From contig CAYPIF010000107.1 in assembly GCA_964410735.1 (NCBI GenBank), forward strand, positions 6,656 through 70,655: a stretch of 64,000 bases of DNA. The letters are read 5' to 3'. Numbering within the stretch: position 1 is the stretch's first letter; every line of letters begins with the position of its first letter. Shown one piece after another: positions 58,655-64,000 of the stretch. Below the pieces are notes generated by a model that saw only the letters and a list, made by a program, of their open reading frames with translations, was not told where the DNA came from and ran no database searches. Position numbers and translations under genes: made by a program. This DNA comes from an uncultured Thermoplasmatales archaeon (GTDB lineage: Archaea > Thermoplasmatota > E2 > DHVEG-1).

Positions 58655-60280
58655 TTATAGTTTAAGTCGATCTTTTGCGATTCCCCTAAGATCTATCTTT
58701 CGTATTTTGCCACTTGCGGTCATCGGAAAATCATCGGTGAACAGGATATATTTTGGTATCTTGAAACGAGAGATACCCTCTTTACAATACTTCTTGACAT
58801 CCTCCTCAGTCACATTCATACCTTCACGGACCTTTATAAAAGCACAGACCTCCTCACCATATTTTTTATTAGGCACACCTACAACAGCAACATCCTGGAT
58901 CTTATCATAGGTATAAAGGAACTCTTCTATCTCACGGGGATATACATTCTCTCCACCGCGTATGATCATATCATCGATACGGCCGTGGATGCTAAAGTAT
59001 CCATCTTCATCCTTCACCGCAAGATCCTTTGTATGCAACCAACCATCTCTAATGACCTCTTGTGTCTTTTCAGGCATTTTATAATAACCTTTCATAACAC
59101 CAAATCCTCTTGCAACCAGTTCACCTGATTTACCCGGGAGTAATTCCTTACCGGTATCAGGATCAATGATCTTTACTTCCACATTTGGTATCGGTTTACC
59201 AACGGTCTCCACACGTTTTTGTACTGGGTCATCACGTCGGGTCTGAGTGAGAACAGGTGACGTCTCTGTAAGCCCATAAGCAATGGTTATCTCTTGAAGG
59301 TTCATCTTGCTCATCGCATCGACCATTACCTCTATTGGGCAGGACGCACCAGCCATGATACCAGTTCGAAGGGAGGACATATCATAGTTAGTGAAATTCG
59401 GATGGTATAGCTCTGCAGTGAACATCGTGGGAACTCCTTGGAGCGCAGTACATTTCTCAGCTTCAACAGCCTGTAAAACCTCCTCAGCATCGAATATCTC
59501 TATAGGAACCATTGCTGATCCATGTATGACACAGTTAAGGGTTGACATGACACAGCCAAAACAATGGAAGAATGGCACGGGTATGCACAGACGATCATAT
59601 TCGGTCATGCCCATGATCTCTCCAACATAGTATGCATTATTAACAATATTATTATGGGTTAACTCGACTCCTTTTGGAAACCCTGTGGTACCTGATGTAT
59701 ATTGCATATTGATAGTATCATGGATATCGCAGGTTTCCTGACGAGCGAGAAGCTCTTCATCAGATATCTTTTTGTGAAGTTTCAGGAGATCTTCGAAGAG
59801 AAGCATGCCCTTTTGTTTTGTATCACCAATGAAAACAATGTTTTCCAAAAAAGGGAGTTTCTCAAGGTTAAGTTTACCTGGTTCGGTCGTTTTAATCTCA
59901 GGAGCGACCTTGTAGACCACATCGATATAGTTTACATCCTTGAATTCTTCAACAAGGAACAATGTCGTGGTATCAGATTGCTTAAGTAGATATTCTAATT
60001 CTTTTGCTTTGTAATACGTGTTGACCGTGACAAGGACCGCACCTATTTTAGCTGATGCGAATTGAAGGAGCACCCATTCTGGTACATTGTATGCCCATAT
60101 AGCAATATGATCTCCTTTCTTGATGCCTAGAGCCATCAGCGATTTTGCAAGTTTGTCCACTTCTTCTTTGAATTCCTTATACGTTAATCGTATTCCCCGT
60201 TTTATATAGACCATGGCATCATGGTCTGGATATTTCTTCGCTGTTTCATCAACAATTTCACCGATGGTCTTTGATAGCAT
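58655..60280 (-). CDS. AMP-dependent fatty-acid--CoA ligase
   Basis: 541 aa. 'YTSGTTGFPKG', 'GYGLTETS', 'PMTASGKIRK'. Confidence 0.85.
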   Translation of the reverse strand: MLSKTIGEIVDETAKKYPDHDAMVYIKRGIRLTYKEFKEEVDKLAKSLMALGIKKGDHIAIWAYNVPEWVLLQFASAKIGAVLVTVNTYYKAKELEYLLKQSDTTTLFLVEEFKDVNYIDVVYKVAPEIKTTEPGKLNLEKLPFLENIVFIGDTKQKGMLLFEDLLKLHKKISDEELLARQETCDIHDTINMQYTSGTTGFPKGVELTHNNIVNNAYYVGEIMGMTEYDRLCIPVPFFHCFGCVMSTLNCVIHGSAMVPIEIFDAEEVLQAVEAEKCTALQGVPTMFTAELYHPNFTNYDMSSLRTGIMAGASCPIEVMVDAMSKMNLQEITIAYGLTETSPVLTQTRRDDPVQKRVETVGKPIPNVEVKIIDPDTGKELLPGKSGELVARGFGVMKGYYKMPEKTQEVIRDGWLHTKDLAVKDEDGYFSIHGRIDDMIIRGGENVYPREIEEFLYTYDKIQDVAVVGVPNKKYGEEVCAFIKVREGMNVTEEDVKKYCKEGISRFKIPKYILFTDDFPMTASGKIRKIDLRGIAKDRLKL

Positions 60281-60483
60281 ACATAAGTACCCCCATATCT
60301 TTGAGTTAGCTAGGTTCAGGCATCATCATAACGAAATGAAGAGGCATCTGATTTTTAAAACCCATATTGATGTTTTTTTAATAAACATTACCCTTTTTCG
60401 CTACTTTAACACTTGATAAAAATTCTGTGTAGTATGATCGATTTGTTGAGGAAAACCTTTAATCGAAAATTGGATACCTTGTT

Positions 60484-61080
60484 TTGAGATATATGAAAGT
60501 TGTCGCATTTAATGCTAGCCCGCGCAAGAACGGTAACACTTGTGCCCTCATTTCAATGGTGTTTGATGTACTGAAGAAAGAGGGAATCGACTGTGAATCG
60601 ATCCATATCGGTGGAAAACCAATACATGGTTGTCGCGCATGTGATCAGTGTTACAAACTAAAGAACAACAGCTGTTCATATGAGGATGATCCACTTAATG
60701 ACTATGTTCAAAAGATGATCGAGGCAGATGGGATTATCTTAGGTTCACCAACTTATTTTTCCAACGTTACCGCGGAGATGAAATCATTGATCGATAGAGC
60801 AGGTCGAGTAGGGAGAGCAAATGGATATTTGTTCAAACATAAGGTTGGGGTAGCAGTTGTCGCGGTGAGACGAGCGGGGTCATTGATAGCATTTGATGCG
60901 ATTAATCATTTCTTCCTTATTGAACAGATGATTATCCCGGGTTCAACCTACTGGAATCTTGGTATCGGTGGGGATATGGGTGAGGTCCAATACGATGATG
61001 AAGCAAAAAAGAACATGGAGAATCTCGGTAAGAACATGGCATGGTTACTTCAAAAGGTACATGCATCATCAACTGATTAG
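60484..61080 (+). CDS. iron-sulfur flavoprotein (Isf; NADPH-dependent FMN reductase fold)
   Basis: 198 aa. 'MKVVAFNASPRKNGNT' flavodoxin-like N-terminus. Compact 'CRACDQCYKLKNNSC' CxxCxxCx5C motif. Confidence 0.75.
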   Translation: MRYMKVVAFNASPRKNGNTCALISMVFDVLKKEGIDCESIHIGGKPIHGCRACDQCYKLKNNSCSYEDDPLNDYVQKMIEADGIILGSPTYFSNVTAEMKSLIDRAGRVGRANGYLFKHKVGVAVVAVRRAGSLIAFDAINHFFLIEQMIIPGSTYWNLGIGGDMGEVQYDDEAKKNMENLGKNMAWLLQKVHASSTD

Positions 61081-61126
61081 CACGGTTTTTTATCTAAAGA
61101 TTTAAGAGTCTAAGACGTTACCTTCT

Positions 61127-62158
61127 GTGACGATCATGGAGTATGTAAGTGGTCATATTTTATCAGAAGATGGGTTCCATAAAGGGTATATTTGCATCAA
61201 GGATGGCCATGTTATCAATCAAAAAAAGGGTGTACCACCAAAGACTCCTTTTAAGAGCGGGTTGATCGTTCCTACATTCATCAATATGCACACCCATGTA
61301 GGTGACGCGTTCATACGTAACAGGAACATTTCTTTACCCAACGATATTATGCAGCTGGTGGCTCCACCAGATGGACTGAAACATAGACTTTTAAAGGACG
61401 CAAGTGAAAAAGAGATTGCTGAGGGTATCAAAAAAAATCTGAAACAAATGAACGATAATGGTACCTGCCATTTTGTGGATTTTAGGGAGAACGGGGTACA
61501 GGGAATTACTCTTTTGAGAAAAGCATTGGAAATAGTTCCAATGACCGCAACTATTTTAGCAAGACCCACATCGATGAGCGTTGATAAAAACGAGATCAAT
61601 GATCTTCTCAGGAATGCTGAGGGGGTAGGTCTAAGCAGTATATCAGATTGGGACACGAATGAGATACAGGAAATTGCTGCTCTGACACATAAAGCTGATA
61701 AATTGTTCGCACTTCATGCAAGTGAAAGGGTCCGTGAGGATATTGAATCTATTTTGAATTTAGAACCATCCTTTCTTGTTCATATGAGCAATGCAAAGGA
61801 ATCCGATTTAATGAAAACAAAAAAAGCAGATATACCAATCGTGATCTGTCCACGCTCAAATCATTTTTTCAATGTGCCTATAAACATATCACTGTTGAAA
61901 AAGACAGAAAATACCATTCTCATAGGAACAGACAATGCAATGTTACACGAGCCATCAATTATCATGGAGATACAATTTATTTTGAAACGTTTTCCAGATA
62001 TGTTCACTATTGCTGAATTACTTTCTATGATAACATATGCTCCAAGGAAAGCTTTAAATTTAAAAGATGGTATTCCACAACTCACATTCCCAGCATCTTT
62101 CCTGGTATTACACCAAGAAACTTTGGAGCCATTATACCGGTTTCAATCGGATGAATAA
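61127..62158 (+). CDS. metal-dependent amidohydrolase-superfamily protein
   Basis: 343 aa. Metal-binding 'NMHTHVGDA' near the N-terminus and 'HASE' later in the sequence. Confidence 0.65.
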   Translation: MTIMEYVSGHILSEDGFHKGYICIKDGHVINQKKGVPPKTPFKSGLIVPTFINMHTHVGDAFIRNRNISLPNDIMQLVAPPDGLKHRLLKDASEKEIAEGIKKNLKQMNDNGTCHFVDFRENGVQGITLLRKALEIVPMTATILARPTSMSVDKNEINDLLRNAEGVGLSSISDWDTNEIQEIAALTHKADKLFALHASERVREDIESILNLEPSFLVHMSNAKESDLMKTKKADIPIVICPRSNHFFNVPINISLLKKTENTILIGTDNAMLHEPSIIMEIQFILKRFPDMFTIAELLSMITYAPRKALNLKDGIPQLTFPASFLVLHQETLEPLYRFQSDE

Positions 62159-62167
62159 AAGGTTGAG

Positions 62168-63019
62168 ATGGATGAAATGAACGTTGAAGAAGTTATGTCA
62201 AAGGATTTAATTGTAGGATATGTCCCTGGAACAGTCCAAAGTGCATTACAGATATTAAGTGAGCATAATGTCTCAGGCATACCGGTCATAAAAAAGGGAA
62301 CCGATAAGCTTGTTGGCGTTGTCACTCGTTCTGATATTTTCAAGAACGCGGAAGAGGATCAGCTTGCTATGATCATCAAAAATGAATATTATTATTTGAA
62401 ACAAGGTCAGGACATAAAGGAAGCAGCCGAGGTATTCTACCATAAACGTATTCATGGTCTCCCTGTTGTCAACAAACAGCAGAAACTCATTGGTGTTCTC
62501 AGTCCAACTGAGCTGCTAAAAGAACTTGTAAAAGAGGAACGATCGGATAATGCGGGGGATCATATCAGTAATCTTGTTGTCCCCGTTCATGTGGGCACCC
62601 CTATTAATATAATCATGGAGATCATAAATATCACTAATGAGAATGCATTGCCAGTCCTTGATGATAACTTAAAAGTGGTTGGTATCGTCACTGATGGTGA
62701 TCTTTTCAAGCTCAGTGAATTAAAAGAGGATATCGAGCAGTCCCATATGGGCATTGGTAATGATGAGGATCAATGGACTTGGGAAGGTATACGTGATACA
62801 GTTCGAATGTACCATGCAACCTCGGAGGTCTTATTGCCAAATATCCCAGTGAAAGAGGTAATGATAACCGATGTGAAGACTGCGACGAAGAACACACCGG
62901 TCTGTGAGATCGCGAAATTGATGATTAAGAACAATATCAGCCATATCCCTATCGTTTCTTCCGATAACCGACTTGTTGGAATGGTCACTGATATGGATCT
63001 AATGAGCTGCATGATTTAA
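62168..63019 (+). CDS. CBS-domain protein (two CBS pairs)
   Basis: 283 aa. Four repeats of the CBS pattern ('GIPVI', 'GLPVV', 'ALPVL', 'HIPIV'). Confidence 0.8.
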   Translation: MDEMNVEEVMSKDLIVGYVPGTVQSALQILSEHNVSGIPVIKKGTDKLVGVVTRSDIFKNAEEDQLAMIIKNEYYYLKQGQDIKEAAEVFYHKRIHGLPVVNKQQKLIGVLSPTELLKELVKEERSDNAGDHISNLVVPVHVGTPINIIMEIINITNENALPVLDDNLKVVGIVTDGDLFKLSELKEDIEQSHMGIGNDEDQWTWEGIRDTVRMYHATSEVLLPNIPVKEVMITDVKTATKNTPVCEIAKLMIKNNISHIPIVSSDNRLVGMVTDMDLMSCMI

Positions 63020-63086
63020 ATCTCATGAGCTTATTTCCTTTTTTTAATTTCATTTGTAAAAAACATGGTAGGAGGATGATTGTGAA

Positions 63087-64000
63087 ATGCCGCAGGATAT
63101 ATATGATAAAATAATGGTGCTTGCGAAACGCAGGGGTTTTTTGTATCCCTCTTTTGAGATCTATGGTGGTGTCGCAGGGTTCTTTGATTATGGACCACTT
63201 GGTGCCCAACTGAAACAAAATGTTGAGGATCTGTGGAGATCATATTTCCTCTTGCAGGATTCCTGTTTTGAGATCAATACACCGACGATTACGTTGTTTG
63301 AAGTTCTGAAGGCATCAGGTCATGTTGATGAGTTCACCGATCTTACCGTGGATTGTCCTCAATGTGAGACATCGTTTAAGGTCGAAGACATCATCGATGA
63401 TACAATGACTGTAGAAGATGCAGTTGAAAAGGATGACATGCATTGCCCTACCTGTGGAACCAAACTTGTTAACCCTCATCCAGTGAATCTGATGTTTGCC
63501 ACACAGATAGGTATCGGTAAAACTCGAGATGCGTTCCTTAGGCCAGAGACCGCTCAAGGCATATTCACTGGTTTTCATCTGTTGTACCGGTATGCTCGGG
63601 AGAAACTCCCGTTTGGTGTGTGTCAACTTGGGAAGGGTTACCGTAATGAGGTCTCGCCGCGTCAGGGTCCATTGCGAATGCGTGAGTTCTCCATGGCAGA
63701 AGCAGAGGTCTTCTTTGATCCATTGAACAAGAAACATGAACGATTTGGCTTTGTAAAGGAGAATGAGTTATTCCTTTTTGATAATGTGAAGGAGATGAAG
63801 TTGAGCCTAAAAGATGCCGTTGGGACGGGTGTTATCAACAACCAGGCGCTGGCGTATTATATGTATCTTACTCAGTCATTCCTTCTGGATGCAGGTATTG
63901 ATCCTAAAAAATGTAGGTTCCGGAAGCATGCAGATGATGAAATGGCCCATTATGCTCAGGAATGCTGGGATGTTGAGCTTTTTAGTGAACGATTCGGTTG
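63087..64000 (+). CDS. glyS: glycine--tRNA ligase, archaeal/eukaryotic-type class II (5' partial, runs off the window)
   Basis: 'KRRGFLYPSFEIYGGVAGFFDYGPLG' and motif-2 'YRNEVSPRQGPLRMREF'. GGAGG lies 11 nt upstream of ATG 63087. No stop before the window end, which is why it is absent from the ORF track. Confidence 0.85.
   Translation, partial: MPQDIYDKIMVLAKRRGFLYPSFEIYGGVAGFFDYGPLGAQLKQNVEDLWRSYFLLQDSCFEINTPTITLFEVLKASGHVDEFTDLTVDCPQCETSFKVEDIIDDTMTVEDAVEKDDMHCPTCGTKLVNPHPVNLMFATQIGIGKTRDAFLRPETAQGIFTGFHLLYRYAREKLPFGVCQLGKGYRNEVSPRQGPLRMREFSMAEAEVFFDPLNKKHERFGFVKENELFLFDNVKEMKLSLKDAVGTGVINNQALAYYMYLTQSFLLDAGIDPKKCRFRKHADDEMAHYAQECWDVELFSERFG

Noticed and set aside
1-64000. CRISPR arrays, rRNA or tRNA genes, or an IS/transposase.
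   Set aside because: No repeat-spacer periodicity was seen. The intergenic regions are short (<420 nt) and none contains a tRNA-like acceptor/T-arm pattern. No transposase- or integrase-like ORF is present. A computational scan (tRNAscan, Infernal, CRISPR finder) would still be worthwhile.

Overview
This 64 kb window looks like the chromosome of a low-GC anaerobic archaeon. The lineage call is an inference from gene content: a group II chaperonin (thermosome), an archaeal-type class II GlyRS, MvhADG/HdrABC, a split methylmalonyl-CoA mutase, and GGAGG-type ribosome-binding sites. The window is protein-dense (about 70 CDS). I found no rRNA, tRNA or CRISPR by eye in the intergenic regions.

The window divides into five regions:
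1. 0.8-11 kb: an accessory-like region of secreted and surface proteins. It holds a lipoprotein-like putative hydrolase, an orphan sensor histidine kinase, a COG1361-like surface protein with a MacB-type ABC transporter, a zinc-ribbon protein, a clan-CD (gingipain C25-like) peptidase, and a decayed UPF0316 pseudogene.
2. 11.8-14.7 kb: a YkgJ-family protein, the thermosome gene and an Lrp/AsnC regulator.
3. 15.1-25 kb: a 17-gene oxygen/ROS-defence cluster, co-oriented on the minus strand. In transcription order it encodes ferredoxin, a Fur/PerR regulator, flavin reductase, rubredoxin, flavodiiron protein (FprA), a 52-aa Cys-rich protein, peroxiredoxin, ferritin, a PAS protein, a ferritin-like protein, rubrerythrin, desulfoferrodoxin, SufC, SufD, nitroreductase, glutaredoxin and an FTR-like protein fused to rubredoxin. 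Hemerythrin and a desulforedoxin-like gene lie convergent on the plus strand. Two cluster members, rubredoxin and the Cys-rich protein, are missing from the supplied ORF track.
4. 25.4-30 kb: a racemase-like protein, an M20 aminoacylase and alanine racemase, flanked by two GNAT acetyltransferases.
5. 30-60 kb: an H2/electron-bifurcation and acyl-CoA metabolism supercluster. It contains mvhG-mvhA-hycI-mvhD, two crotonases with a biotin-dependent acyl-CoA carboxylase (biotin carboxylase, BCCP, carboxyltransferase), hdrCBA, 4-hydroxybutyryl-CoA dehydratase, etfBA, two tandem acyl-CoA synthetase/acyl-CoA dehydrogenase cassettes, CobA, the split methylmalonyl-CoA mutase with MeaB, crotonase, 3-hydroxyacyl-CoA dehydrogenase, thiolase and a third CoA ligase.

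The window ends with an iron-sulfur flavoprotein, an amidohydrolase, a CBS protein and the 5' part of glyS.

All functional calls rest on motif and family recognition in the translated ORFs; I ran no database search.
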